DNA of 64,000 bases from Camelus ferus (GCF_009834535.1 NC_045697.1:114578001-114642000), one strand, 5' to 3'; numbered from the stretch's first letter, positions 14,106 through 28,918 are shown. Numbers and translations are program-made. Notes: a model not told the origin generated them from the letters alone.

Positions 14106-16930
14106 ATGCACACACACTTTAGGATTTCTTATATATATTATCAGGTCATCTTTAAGCTAAGATAGTTTTACTTCTTCCTTTCCAATCTGAATGACTTTGT
14201 TTCTTTATCTTAACGCTTAATTGCTCTAGACAAAAATTCCAGCATAATGTTGACTAAAAGGGCAAAAGTAGGCACCCTTGTCTTGTTCCTGATCTTCGAG
14301 AGAAGGTTTTCAGTGACAATGAGTATAATGTTAGCTGCTTCTTTTTCGTAAATATCCTTTATCATATTAAAGAGATTCCCAGCTGGCTGATTTTTTTTTT
14401 TGTCATGAAAGTGTGTTGGATTTTGTGAAATGATTTTCTGCATCAATTTTGATGACTATGACCTCCTTTATTCTATTAATATAAACTATTATATTGATTT
14501 CCTTATATCGAACTACCCTTTCATCCTTGTAATCAATTCCACTTGTTCATAGCATATAATCCTTTGACTGTGCTTCTGGATTTGCTTTGCTAATATTTTG
14601 TTGAGGATTTTTTCATCTATATTCAAAGGGTATATTGGTCTGTAGTTTTCTTTCCTTCTAATATTAGCCTTGGTGTCTGGGTAATGCTGGCCTTTCAATA
14701 TGTGTTAGAAAGTGCTATTTCCTCTACTATTTTTGGAAGGTCTATAGAAATATAGGTGAATTTTTTTCTTTAAATGTTTAGCAGAATTTACCAATGAAGC
14801 CATTTGAGGCTGGACTTTTCTTTCTTGGGAGGTTTTTAATTAGTAATTCAGTTCCTTTACTTGCTGTATTTATGCTTAGATTTTTTCTTGAGTGAGTTTT
14901 GGGAGTTTTTCTAAGAATTTGTCCACTTAATCTACATTATCTAATTTATTAGTATACAATTATTCATAGCATTCTCTTTACCCCTTTTTAGATCCATAAA
15001 GTCAGTAGAAATATCACCACTCTCATTACAGACTCAGAATTTGATTCTTCTCTTGTTATTTTTGTTGCATTTTTCAAAGAACCAACTTTTGTTTTGGTTG
15101 ATTCTCCCTATTGTTTTTCTGTTCTCTTTTCATTTACATTCAGTCTAATCTTTATCCTTTCATTCTGTTGGTTTTAGGCTTAGTTTTTTGCTTTTGTTTT
15201 TTTGTTTTTTTAGTTCTTTAAGATACACAATTTGATTATTACTTTGAGATTTTTTCTTCTTATTTAATGTAGATTTTTTATAGCTATCAATGACCTTTGA
15301 GCACTGTTTTCAATATAGTATATTTTAGTATGTTGTGCATTTCTTTTCACTCATGTGAAAATACTTTCTAACATCTCTTTTAATTCTGCTTTGACTCATT
15401 AGTTCTTTAGAATGTGTTGCTTAATTTCCACATATTGTAATCTTCCAGTTTTCTTTCTTTTATTGATTCCTAGTTTCATTCCACTGTATTTGGAGAAGAT
15501 ATTTTGTATGATTTCAGTTTTTAAATATTTATTAGGTCTTGTTTTGTACTTGAACCTATGGACTATCATGGAGAAGGTCCCATGTGTTCTTAACAAGAAT
15601 GTGACTCTGCTGTTTTGTGGGTGGGATCTTCTAAATACATCTGTTAAGTCTAGTTGACTTATACTGTTGTTCAAGACTTCTATTATCTTATTGAAAATCT
15701 GTCTGGTTGTTTAATCTATTATTGAAAGTAGAGTATTTGAGTTTCTAACTATTATTTTAAAACTGTCTGTTTCTCCCTTCAATTCTGTCAGAATGTCTTT
15801 TCATTTAGGCCTGAATGAAACCTTTTAGAACTTCTTATATGGCAGATCTAGTAGCATGGACTCACTCAGCTTTTAAAATTTCAGAATGTCTTAATTTTGC
15901 CCTAATTTTTAAAAGGTAGTTTTGTGGGATATAGAATTCTTGGTTGACAAGTATTTTATTTCAGCACTTTGAATATGTTATTCCCACTACCTTCTGGCCT
16001 TCATGGTTTCTGATGAGAAATCTGTTGTTAATCTTATTGAGGATCCTTTATGCTTGACAAGTTGCTTTTCTTGTGCTGCTCTTGTGATTTTCTCTGAGTT
16101 TGGGTTTTTGACAGTTTGATCATAATATGTCTTAATGTGGATCTCTGTATTTGTCCTTGGAGTTTTTTGAGGTTCTTGCATATGTACAGTCGTGATTTCC
16201 ATTAAATTTGACGTTTCTTTGCCATTATTCCTTTAAATACATTTCCTGCCCCTTTTCTCTCTTCCCTTCCTTCTGGGACACCCATAACAGGTATGTTGAT
16301 ACACTTAATTGTGTCTCACAGGTCCCTTAGGCTCTAATTAGTTTTCTTAACACATTTTTTTCTTTCTTCAGTCTAGATGATTTCATTTATCTTTATTCAG
16401 ATTTACTCATTCTCTTTTGGCTTGCTCAAATTGCTGTTGAAATGCTCTAGTAAATATTTCATTCCAATTATTATAATTTTTAACTCTAGACTTTTTGTTT
16501 TATTTCTTTTTAATAATTTCTATCCCCTTTTTATATTCTATATTTGTTCATATGTTATTCTTTTGTTTTGTTTAGTTCTTTTCCTATGTTTTCCTTAGCT
16601 CTGAACAAAATTAAGACAATTGATTAAAGTCATTAACTAGCAAGTCCTCTTACATCTCTGTTAATTTTCTTTTGTTCCTGTGTATGGGCCATACTTATTT
16701 GTTTCTTTATCTGCCTTATCACTTTTTGTTTCACACTTACCCTGTTCATTATTACAATATGGAAACCCTAGAAATAAGATTCTCTCCACTCCTCATGGTT
16801 TGTCATTGTTGCTCTCTGTAGGTAATAGTTGTTAGTTTTTTAAGTGACTTTTCAAAAATACTTTAAAATTTATATTCTTTATTACATACTGTCTTTGAAA
16901 TATCTATTTCTTTAGCTTGTAGTCAGCTTG
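12810..16930 (-). mobile_element. Old, degraded L1 with ORF1, endonuclease, RT and 3' remnants
   Basis: Peptides SIRLTTDFSSETMKARR (ORF1), QLDLTDVFRRSHPQ...THGTFS (endonuclease) and KENYRPIYPLNIDEKILNKILA (RT). Many stops and deletions; ends approximate. Confidence 0.9.
14066..14117. repeat. (GT)n microsatellite followed by CATG(CA)n
   Basis: Directly visible, about 19 GT units. Confidence 0.95.
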
Positions 16931-18599
16931 TGGTTTGACAAAGATTTGCTAAATGTCTAAATCCTATGACTAATTGAAAAGTAGGAGCAAATCAAATAAT
17001 TATGACATTTTAGATCAATTTAGCAAAATAAGAAAAATATACCATTATAGAACTCTAAATTAATTAGCATTAGTTAAGTATTCTAAAAAGGTAGCAGCCA
17101 TCTAAATTCCATCAAAGTGGGAATACAACTCACTTTGCGTTTTTTTATTATTATAAACATTTTAGTTATATGTATGTTGCCTTTGATCTTTGTAGGAATT
17201 TTATAATTTAAAACCCAGAGATTTTTTTTTTAAACTAATTTATTCATGGAGTATTCTGAGAATTAACTAATATAATCACCATTTGCGAACAGAAATAAAA
17301 CCAGTAAAATTACAGTATTTGGGCAGACTTACAACATAAATATCAGGCACACTTTGGTTTTTCTTTTTCTATTCTCTTCATTATAAAACTTCACAACATG
17401 TTTCTCTATGACATCTTTGTGCCACTAAAAGAATTTATGAGGACACTCTACTGAAGTGGATAAGATTACATTTTCAAGCAGAAATGAAGTAGTAGTTGTA
17501 GAGTTATACAAATTCAACTCCTTCAGACTTCTTTACACTCAATTCCGTAATATTTTTAGTTGGGCAAAATCTGAAATAAATAGTCCTTTTCAGAGATTTG
17601 CAACAAAATTTTATTAAATTTTAAATTCTGATGTAAAGTCACCAAACTACACAGCATAGACTTAAAAATAGGAAACCTTCCAATGCTGTTGAAATGAGGA
17701 CAATCATCAAAGGTGCTATTTTGAGTATAGAAGTTGTGAAACAATAATCAGTTATGTCAGGTTGGACTTAAAAGCAAATTTTCAAAGAGAGACTAGTTTA
17801 AAGATTTTTTTTTAATCTCCTTTTCACATTGAAAAATGATGTCTTCAGAGGAGAAAACTTTCCTATTTCCAATTTTTCTGTGGAATTATTTTCTGTCATA
17901 CCCTCTGCCTACTGAAACCACAGCTGGACATTTTCTTCTGGACAAAATTTAGTTTCATTGTACTATTCAAATTCTTTGTTTGTATTATGGACCATAGCAT
18001 TCCCCATTGGTCCTCTGTCTAATATTCAGTTACTATATCCTTGTTACTTGTACTATGAATTTATTGTTCCCTCATTTCCTTTGTTGATTCAGTACAAGTA
18101 TGCTTTGTATTTACATATGTTTTTCATTTAATTTGATATCCAAACATATGCTGGTATCGTAAGAATTTTTTTCAGCATGTCTATAGTTCTCAGAAGACGA
18201 TTCTTTACACGGATGAATCTTTTTACTGAAGCACCAAGCACAGTCTGCAGATTTATCTAGGTGCTTAGTAAATGCATATTCCAGACTAAGTGATGGTCAG
18301 CAATTATCATGAGAGCTTACCTGAGCTTTTAATCTAGAGTCCCTACATATTGTCTTACTAATTAATAAATATAAACACATATATACAGATATATAATACA
18401 TGTGTATATGTTTACTATTAATACATATGTATATTTATTAACTCTTATTAAAAAGTAGATTATATTCATTGCCTGAATCAAGATTGCAAACTTCAAAATC
18501 AAACAAATGAATTTAATCCAATCTCCTAGCTTGATCTTGGGCATATTTATCTTCAGTGCAAGTAGGGGCTTTGCTTTTTTTATTTTTAATGATTTAATT

Positions 18600-21110
18600 A
18601 TACCATTTATCCAATATTATGCTCTTTTCATATAACTTTATTGAATAAACATTCATCCTAAATTAGTGTTCTATAATATTCTTCAACATGGGTATTCTAA
18701 TATATCAAGTGGCTAGATCATCAATTACAGAAATACAAATACTTTACAAATTTTCACTACTACATATATAATGTTATAAATATATTTGTGAATAAAGTTT
18801 TATCCATATTTATTATTATTTCTTAAGGTTATTCACCTAGGAAGTGAATTACTATTAACGAGGGCATAAGTATATGAAAGATCTTTAAGGCTAACAGTTA
18901 TTTTCTACATGCAAGTTACACTGATTGAAATTAGCAGTACAAAAATGTGCCCATTTAATTGAACATTTTTAACATTATATGTGTTCCTAATTTGTGACAT
19001 GTAAATGGTATCTCACTGCTCTAATTTTATTTAGTTGAAAAATGATGAGCTTACTTGTTTCCTTTATATATTGTGATGCTTACATGCAATTTTCAAACCG
19101 TTCAGAAGTATATATAGTAATAAGTAAAAGCATCCATAGCACTTTTCTCCCTAGAAGAATAGACAGGTTGTTGAGTAATCTTTCAGTTCATTTATTGAAG
19201 CAATTACATGTAAGTGCATTAAAATATAATATTCTTTTTAATCTTCTATGCACTTGTTTAAAAATAAACAGTTTTGTAGATATCTCTGTCATTTTTAGTA
19301 CATTATTAATTTTATAGCTGCAGCATGAGATTTCCTTTGGTGGATGGTTCATAGTTTATTTAAGCATTCCTCTACTGTTTGAAGTTTAGATTGTTTCTAA
19401 ATTTCCTTACCATAGCCAGTAATGCAATGAGTATTTTTGTACATGCTACTGTGTTTTATGAGCATTTATTAAGGGGAGATACTGAGATGTTACTGCTTCA
19501 TTAAAACAGAGTCATATTTTGGTTTTGAGAGATGATACTAAGTTATGCTCAGAAAAGCCTAAAATGGTTATATTTCTACCAATAGTAGGTGAAAGAACGT
19601 ATTTAATCACATCCTTACCACTATTGAATCTAAACATACTTTATTACTGTTATCAATAGATTGGTAAAATAAATATCTCACTTTTTGGTTTTAATTTATA
19701 TTTACCTAATTATTTATGAAGTTTTCAATCATTTGATGTTTGTAAGTTCTTAATGCTCCCCTTCATGTGAGGAATAGCCTTTTGGTTTTTTGCTAATTTT
19801 TTTTTTTTCAGTTCTTTGCTTTTTCTAATTTTGGTAATTCATTATATAGTCAAGATATTCTTTTTCTGTTACTTTTTTCTTATTTCATAGATTGCATTAT
19901 CTAGTCTTCATTTTTAAAAATACAGTAACCTTTATCAAGCTTCAGCTTTTGACTTACCAAATGTGAGGGTCTTGCTTAAAAAAGGCCTCATCTTCTCCAA
20001 TATTTAAATAGCTGATGCTTTTAATAATATTATAATACTGCTATTTAATACTGATCTTTTAATATTATTTTACTTTTATTTGTAAACTCTTTCATCTATC
20101 TAGATATCACCTTATGTCAGAAATAAGATATACATATATTTTTTCTTACTAAATAGCTGATTAACTCAACACTATATATTATGTATATTTATTATATTTT
20201 TAATTTCCCATATGACATGAATCTGCTTCTGAAATCTTTTTTCCATTCCACCAGTACTTTTCTGTATTGTTGAAACACCACTAGGTCAAGACCAGTTAAG
20301 AAATTTATATTTTAAAAATAAGAGGAGAGTACTAGTCACCAATGACAAAGATGAAGACTTAAGTGGAATAGAAATTGTGAAGCAGAGATAAAGTTATCTA
20401 TCTTTATACATAACACTAGAAAATCAACTGTGATCCTACTAATTCAAAAATAAAATAATTCAGAATGCTAAGGGGTCTAAGCATAATATTAAGAAATTAA
20501 TAACTTTATATATACTAACAAAAGCCAAGGTATAATGAGAAAAAAATCCATTAACATTAGCAGCTAAAAAGATAAAATATCTATGTATACATCCAAGAAG
20601 AGATGACTTTTTCTTAATATAGCAATGAAAAAGGAATCAAATAAATAGAAATAGATATCATATTCCTTTTAAACATGTTAACATTCAATTCATTAGTGTA
20701 TAAGTTCAATAAATCCCCCCAAAACATCAACATTTTTAAGTTAAATCAGCTGATTCTAAAATGTAAAGCTAAAAATGCCAATCATGTTTCCACTTGATAA
20801 ACTGACTGCAAAGTTTATGGATCACCACACATAAAAAATAGCCAATAAATTTTGATGAAAAAAATGGTGAAAGATTGATTTTCCTAGATATTTATACATA
20901 TTTATAGGTTCAATAAATAAAATAGTGCAAAACTTAGGAAAGAAGGAAGAGAAAGAGTGATGAAATAAATAGAACATTCTGACATAGACTAAATGCCACC
21001 AACAAGTGGCATTCCAAATCAGTGGGAAGTGATGGACTATTTAATAAATTAGGTGCTAATAAATAGCCATATTGAGATAAAACAACAATATTTGAACCAT
21101 TACCTTATAT
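18600..21110. mobile_element. Highly degraded ancient L1 fragments (minus about 18.6-20.2 kb, plus about 20.3-21.1 kb)
   Basis: L1-like motifs such as tagattgtttctaaattt, cacatccttaccacta, gtggcattccaaatcagtggg...ggactatttaataaat. Confidence 0.5.
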
Positions 21111-21869
21111 GGTAGGTTGATAGAGTAATGGTCTCCGGTGAATCCTGTGTCCCATGCTTTTGGGTAGTCTCCAGCCATATTGACCCTAGGCGTGGCCATT
21201 TGATTTGTTAATGTCAGTGGGACACAAGCAAACTTGGCTACTTAGTGCTTCCTGTCTTAGAAGATGCTATAGTCACCTTGTGAGGAAGTCTCCTATAGCA
21301 TCCTTGAGGGTTGAAAGCCACACTGAAAGGGAGAGGCCGACCAATCCTAGGCTTCCTTGCTGAGCTCGGCCACCACCAACCCGATGGTTGGATGAAGCCA
21401 TGTGATTCTACACGTTATTGAGTGTGCAGATTACATAACACATGGTGGGTCATCCTACAGATACCTGTGAGTGGCTATAAAATAAGAGAGTAAATATACT
21501 ACACAGAGCGACATGAATGTATCTTTAAAATTCAGTGTTAAAAGAAGAAAAATTGAGACACACTGTGAGATATATGCCTTATTGTCCTTTAAATAAATGA
21601 AAAATGCAACAAAACACCCCCCCTTCCCTTACTCTTACATACCCAGGAACACACCCAGGAGAATAAAATTTTAAAAAAGTACTAAATCCAAATAAATGTC
21701 TAAACATATATTACATATAACCCCTCAGCCTGTTAAGCGGTAGGTATTCATGCAGTTTTCATCTTGGCTGAAGAAGATGCAAAAAGTAATGGGAAAATAA
21801 TAATGCAACTACTAGTATTAATCATGTGGGTAACTTTGACTACATGACTTCTGTCTTTGTTCCTTAATT

Positions 21870-22244
21870 TAATGAAATACTATGGACTAGGTGGCTTAAA
21901 CAACAAAACTTTATTTGTCACAGTCCTAGAGGCTGGGATGTCAGAGATCAGGGTGTCAGTGTGATCAGGTTCTGGTGAGGACCCTCTTCCTGGTTTGCAG
22001 ACTGCTGTCTTCTTGATGTGTCCTCACATAGCAGAGAGACAGAGAGAGAGAGACAGAGAGAGAATATCTCTCTCCTAACTCTCCTTATAAGGGCACTAAT
22101 CTAACTCATGAGGGCCCCACCCTCATGACCTAATTCTTCCCAAAGGCTTTACCTCCAGATTCTATCACATGGGGAATTAGTGCTTCAACATATGAATTTG
22201 GAGGAGGGTGGAGGACACAGGACATGAACATTCAGTACCTACCA
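21870..22244 (-). mobile_element. MaLR LTR (MLT1A-like)
   Basis: ggtggcttaaacaacaaaactttatttgtcacagtcctagaggctggga...ataagggcactaatc...cttcaacatatgaattt. Confidence 0.85.
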
Positions 22245-22479
22245 TTTATTTAAAAGATTTTACTAGTAACTGGATGTTAGAAACATTTTCTACAATTTTA
22301 CCAGAAGGAAAAAAAAAAATGCTATCCAAGAAACATTCATTTCAGGTAAAAAAATCAAGAATTTTCCTTCTCCCAGTTTGCCAAGTTACATGTTTTTTCC
22401 TTATCCATTGCCAAATGATCTCAGTTAGAAGAAATCATTGTGTGTGTTACCATCCTCACTCCATGCAGCTCCATACATT

Positions 22480-22935
22480 CATTAGACTGGAGTGTTTCAG
22501 ATTCTTTAGTTGGGGACAACTGTGCTGCTCCTTTTGCACATAATTTCACCCTTCTCCACCTTGCTCTGTCCCAGGAGTCTGGATGATAGGATTTCTGGTT
22601 AATCTGGCCGGTGGGAAGCCTGGCTGGAGATTGCAAGGAAACGATAGGACCAGAGTTTATAATCCCTAACTCTCCCCGAGCACTTTGCTGATTTCTCGGA
22701 GACCACCTGTTTCTTCGGATAAAGGTCCCAGCGCCTCCCAAGACAGACCTCTCCCCATACCGCCTTCCTTCCAGAATGTAACAGTGGCAATAGTTGTACT
22801 GTTGCTCTCCACAAACTACCGCCCTGTTCCTTGTGGTGAATTTCCATTTCTTTGTAAACAGTCTATTTATTACACCCTCCTTGATTTATTTCAATTAGAA
22901 TTTGTTCTTTTTCTTCTGGGATCCAGACTGATACA
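22480..22935 (+). mobile_element. ERVL LTR (LTR33-like)
   Basis: cacccttctccaccttgctctgtcccagga near the start and ctgggatccagactgataca at the end. Confidence 0.55.
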
Positions 22936-25900
22936 GGCTTTCTCTTCAAGGGAAAAACTAGCACAACAGAAATGCAAATCAGTAGCTGTAATAGCGATGT
23001 GGCTACACCCATCTTTTCTTTGAAAAGTTTCCCCAAACACTCTTTGCAAGTCAGGGCACATAATCATGAGCACCTCACTGCTTGACATAATTACCTTAAG
23101 GACAGGGACCACTTATTTCCTCTCCATTTGCTTCCTAAGGTTTTATAAAGTGTACTGCACATAGTAGATTGTGAATAATGACTGAATTTGGTCTCATAGT
23201 CTCTAGAATCCAAATTATGCCAAACCTGGTTCCTCTTGGAACCTTTTTTCACCTCCTTTTCTGTCTTACAGGTGTACAATGGAAACTTTGGTATTATTTT
23301 TTGGTTAATAAGATTTTTAATTTGTTCATTGTTTATTTTTCTAATCTCCTTTTCTATTTCCACCCCTGTATTCACAAATTATCTCCTATTCTTCCGCTTA
23401 CTAACTTCTGTTATGTCACTCTTGCATAGAACATTCCTAATCAGAAGAATAGATAGAATCAGGAAGGCTGAGTTTTCAGATTTTCTTGTTGTTTTTCCAA
23501 AATCAAGTTAGGAATAGCAACCAATCTTGGAAAATGCCTTCTTAAGGCATAGTTCTCTCTCTCTCTCTTTTTTTTTTTCCTCCGAGCTCTTAAGCTCTTC
23601 AAAAAAGTGGAAGACATTGGTATTTGAAATATTGTCTGTAGTCTATGTGGTGTGTACAGAATTCCTAGTAAATCTGTTTTTTATGTACATCCTGGGTACT
23701 CATAGATTCAGTAGACTCTGCAGACGCTGTGTTAATTCTGTCAATTAGACATCCCGAATATGCTGTAATTGAATTATGTATTTATGTCTCAGTTTTTTTC
23801 CTAGAAGAATCAAACTCCCTCCACAACAGAAAATAGGATAGCTGAGAAGGAACAAAATAGGGGACTTAGTTTTCAGAAACACAGTCTACTTCTTTTAAGA
23901 AAAAAATTTAAACTGAAAATATGAAAAAAGAAATATCGCTAAAATCTTTAATACAGAATTCCTGCAATGTACTTATGAAAGTCAGGCAGAAGGACATCCT
24001 TGAGTTTCTTTTTGCTTTTCAGCCGTGTGTGTTGAAAACAGAAAACTTCAAAGTGTCGTCCTTTCTCAGACACATCTAAGCATTAGGACAATTCAGAGAC
24101 GGCCCTTGCTCTTGTTATAAATCTTTGCTAAATGTATCAATTCAGTTTCTCTGTACTCCCCTTTGCTCCAGTGTGAATGTGACCACTGTTTATGAGCAAG
24201 GGTGTTTTACTGAGCTATTTATGTGACGTTCAGATCAAAACTAAATTCTCTGGTACTTGAGTGGGAACAGTATTCAATCTTTTCCTACAAGGATCAGTCT
24301 GGGATAATAGAAAACAACTAAATATAAAGAAATTCACAGCCTAGTGACTGATGGAGCACGTCAGATTTATGGTTTGTGTCCATGAAAACTGTGTGTTAGC
24401 TGCAACACAGTGGAAGATGTTATTTCAACAGCACATTGTGTGTAGGTTTATATATTAATTACAAGGAGAGAAGGTTATAATTTTAGTTTCTTATCTGTTA
24501 AGCATTTCTTCCTTTCCAGTTGGAAAATCAAGATACTTAGAATTTAATTAGGGAAGCAAGATATTAATAATCCTGCCCATTACTGTTTATGAAGGACTAA
24601 TTATTGACTTGATCATATGTTTTAGATATAGATTTTCACACATAAAATCTCAAAACAGCAAATTCCTATGGCTGTTCCAATTCTTTTGTGCAGAAATTTT
24701 ATTTCAAAGAATATGGTTCCTGTAATTGAGACATCAGAGAAGTTTGGAGAAATGCCTTTTTTCAGCTGTGGATTGCATCGGAGTTGTTTTTATCAACAAG
24801 ACAGTGTGTGTGGCTAATCTGATGATCCAGTACACACAGTCTTCACTTACTACTGTGCATTTGCATCCTTTGATATACATGGAAAGACTAGTTTTAAAAT
24901 CTGGAGAGGTGTGGATGACAGGTTTGAGGAAAGAGAACACTGGAGAGAGAGTGTCAGGAACAAGTCCCAGCCTCTAGGATGGAGACTGGTCCTTAGCTGA
25001 CCTCTAAATATTAGATGTGAGCTAGAAGGAGAACTGGTGGGCATCCGTGTGGACTCTGGGGAGAGACAGTACTGCATTAAGACTCAGGAGATAAAAATAA
25101 TTGTTTCTCTGCAAATCTTAGGATCTTCTTTCACTCTTCAGTTTTGGGGCGTTGTGACCCTTGGCACACCGATCATGGCAAATTAGTACAGGTCATTAAT
25201 TGAAAGGATGGGATTCCTTCAGTAGCATCTCGGGTGATAGATTAGAAGGCAAAACAGAAGCAGAATAACGTGGTAGATGGCATGGGGTGAGTGCCTGAAA
25301 CAGTGCTTGGGGAGACTTTATGTGACCAGATCTATCTGGCGAATGTCCAGGGAAATATCTGAGGAAGTCATTGATTCCTCCAGTGCAAGAACTGTAGCCT
25401 GGTCTTGTGGGATGTGGACGTCTCTGACCAGCTGCCCTTTATTAGACTTCACAGGGTTTCAATCATGCTTCCCTTTAAATATTTGTCCTTTTCCCCTCTC
25501 TGCCAAATTGCTTCCTTTGCTGTGACATCCACTCTGACTGGAGCTCTCCAGGTCCTGAGAGATCCAGGTCCCAAAGTCAGCCACAAAATGTTCTGTTACT
25601 TTTACTGAAAATCCTTGAATAAGACAGGTATGGATGGATTCCAAATTCCAGCATGTGTGCAGAGCTCAGATTCCCCCAGCACTCCATGGCTTACTGCTCC
25701 ATGCCCTCAGTAAGAACTGAGTATCAGTAAGGGCTAGGGTTAGGCAGTTTTTGTTCCTAACAACAGGTACAATTTGGTGATTGGCCAAAGCTGTGGACTG
25801 GGCATAGATCCTGTAGATACAAGCAAGAGCAAGAATAAAAATGTGAATTTCTATTGTCCACGTGATCTCTATTGAATTCCCAAATGAATAAATCTCATCA

Positions 25901-28009
25901 TATTTAGGTAATCCTGTCTGCTGATTTTTAGCATTGTGGGAATACTGGCTACAAAGACAATTTGGTCATTTTTCTTTTTTCATCCACAGATTCTGTTACC
26001 TGTTTTCTCACAGGAAATATAGTATTTGCTATATAATAGGAAAATGATGATATTTAAGGTGTGAAGTGTGGACAATTTCTGTTTATTATGAATGTACTGT
26101 TTTCTTGGTAATAAACACACATTCCCTCTCATCTGCAAAACAAGATATTTTTATCCTCTTCCTGCTGATGAGGAAATTGAAACTCATGGATGTCAAGGAC
26201 TTTCTATAAGGTCACATATTTATTATATATATATATATATATATTTATTATATATAAAAAAAAATAATGGATCATTAAACTAAATCAGCCCAGATTGAAA
26301 ACCCCTATTTCCTCCAAAACAAGTTCTCTGAAAAACACTCTCCCCTCCTCACCAAACCTAAAAACAAATCCACACAGTGCCGTGCTGAGAGGTTGAACTT
26401 TCTGCATTGCTTTACATCCCTACGAAAAGAAGGAATTTCAAGAATACGTTTCCACTCTCTCATTTCTCATAGTCTGCATCTTCCTAGACACGGCCTGACA
26501 AATATTAGACAAACTATGTTAGACCTAGTACCATGCAGGATTTTATTATACTAAGCAGGCATGAAAGTTGAGAGCCTCGTAAATATTAATCACAGACTAA
26601 TGAACAGTGGGAGACTTCTGAATATCAGTCTGTACTAGGGGGAAATTCTGAATTAGAGACACCACTTCCTGCCCAATAAATCAGTAGTGAAAAATTGCAG
26701 GCGTCCTCAGTGCATCTGCTTATATAGCCAGATCTCGAGTCCTGCAGGAGCCTACAGTGCGGATGCCAACATGGATGTAATTTGATCACCCCCCATGGAG
26801 CTTTTGCGTTTTCAACTGAACTAATTTTTAAAAAATTTAATTACCTCCAAAAGAGGCTGGATGGTATCACAGAAAACTTGAGTACATTCTTCAGCATCAG
26901 TTAAAATAGTTCGAGAGTAGTTTGAGCATGCCTCTTTCTTCCTCTTTAGCATTCAAAAACCATTGCCTGATGGGAGGAGAGGATGTGCAGTTAAGAGGAG
27001 AGCTGAAATGCCAAACCTTGATTGGCTTACGGCTTCTATTAAATGTGCACATTACTGTTTTTGCCTCTGAGCACACATACAGTGTATAACAGAAAGAAGA
27101 CAATATCTTCCATCATCATTCGTAATTCTGTCAAGGATACCAGCCACCATCATACGTCTACACACTTGCCTATCCATAAGGACTGTCAATGGATGGAGAA
27201 ACATCCTTTCCTAGAGTCCAAGTTCATGATTTACCAACACAAGTATGAGAATGGATGATGATATTTAGAATTTTATATTTTTGATTCTGATACACAAAAA
27301 ATAATAGGATTCAGTTTTCAATTTGAGGGTCTTTTTTCCTTCTTAGTTTTTGACATCCAGGTAGCATTTAATACCTACACTAGGTATTAAAATTTTAATG
27401 GGGACATTTAGAAGTGTTTGTTAACAATATAAATGTCTCTTCATACGATTGTAATCAGGGCTGAAATTTTATCCTGAAAAAGTAGAGCGTGAGTTTTGTT
27501 TACTGAAAGGACACAAGAAAAGAGAAAGGTCCAGGAAATCAGCCAGAAATGGCCCATGTCATTCTGAAATACACTAGAATGATTATTTTCACAATAATTA
27601 CCTTCTTCCATTTCAAGTATATATAGTAAAAGTAATAGTTACAAAGTCAGTACTAGTTTAGCAGAATCCTATAATTAAGCATTAATCCCTAACAGTTTTT
27701 CAGTTTTTTAAATCATTCAAAATATGTAGACCCATTGAAAGCAGGGTGAGTAATTTTGCTCTACAATATATTCCTGGTGCCTTATAATAGGTGAAACCTG
27801 TCTGTTTGGCATAATGAAAGGATCCTAGTAGTTGTTCAATAAATATTTTAAAAATATTTTTAAAGGAGTAGTTTTTCTTTTATATGGAAGAATTCGCACT
27901 CTCTCTAATGACAACAAAGAATCTCTTGACAAATATTCAAACATGTATAAACTATAATATGATTTTGTAATTATATGCAATATAATGATATAGAAGCAGT
28001 TACAGTCTT

Positions 28010-28070
28010 TCTTTTTACTTTTTAAAATTTTTCGATTGAAGTATAGGTAATTTACAATGTGTTAATTTCA
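28010..28070 (-). mobile_element. 61-bp L1 3'-tail stub
   Basis: attgaagtataggtaatttacaatgtgttaatttc is the reverse of the L1 extreme 3' end. 18-bp TSD agaagcagtta(c/t)agtctt at 27992-28009 and 28071-28088. Confidence 0.85.
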
Positions 28071-28774
28071 AGAAGCAGTTATAGTCTTATGTCTATTTTA
28101 GTAAAACATTTGTGCTTCTGCATTTGATGTCTTCCACAATTCCAACACAAGATTGATTTTTGGAGAACATTCTTCTTATTTTTTCTACAATATTAAAGGT
28201 CTGAGTTTATTTATATTTTAAGTTTACCAGATGCTTATATTTGAAATTTTAAGGAGCTGTTACACTGAATGCAAAATATATTCATCCTTGTCACAGAGAC
28301 TTCTGATAATTTACAGGTGGCATTCAGGACAAATGCTATGAAAAGCGCTGAAGTAATTAAAGAGACCACCAACACATTAAAAATATATATTTATTTTTAA
28401 ATTGACTTAAATGGAAAAATGCCATAAATTTCCAAAGTTCATCATTGTTCATTATAAGGTAACCAAGACAATGCAGATATATCATTAAAAATGATAACAA
28501 TATTACCAGGACAAGGATGAAAATTTTAACTTGTATTTAAAATTTATAATAAAATAAATGTTAAAATCATAAAGATAGTTAATCAAGGTGATCCTAAAAT
28601 GTAATAAACAGAAGTCTAATAGTTCTGTACCCCTCCAAAATCTGCATCTATTGAGGTAGTGAGGCTAATTAAAATGAGAAATTATGGACAGTTATCTAAA
28701 TAGTGATGTCAGATTTATTTGATAGTCATAAAAAATATAAGAAGCAAATGAAGTTAGTGAAAGAGATACAAGTA

Positions 28775-28918
28775 TTTTTTTTTTTAATTTTTGAAAAATT
28801 TTGGAGGGGAGGTAATTAGGTTTATTTATGTATTTATTTAATGGAGGTGTTGGGGATTGAACCCAAGACCTCAGTGCCTGCTAAGCACGCACTCTACCAC
28901 TGAGCCACACCCTCCCCT
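28775..28918 (-). mobile_element. tRNA-derived SINE (Vic-1-like)
   Basis: ggaggtaattaggtttattt...ggggattgaaccc...ctctaccactgagccacaccctcccc. Confidence 0.92.

Noticed and set aside
12810..16930. L1 ORF1/ORF2 peptides as functional genes
   Set aside because: Short, frameshifted, stop-riddled fragments.
27847..27864. 18-bp palindrome tttaaaaatatttttaaa
   Set aside because: AT-only low complexity, expected by chance.
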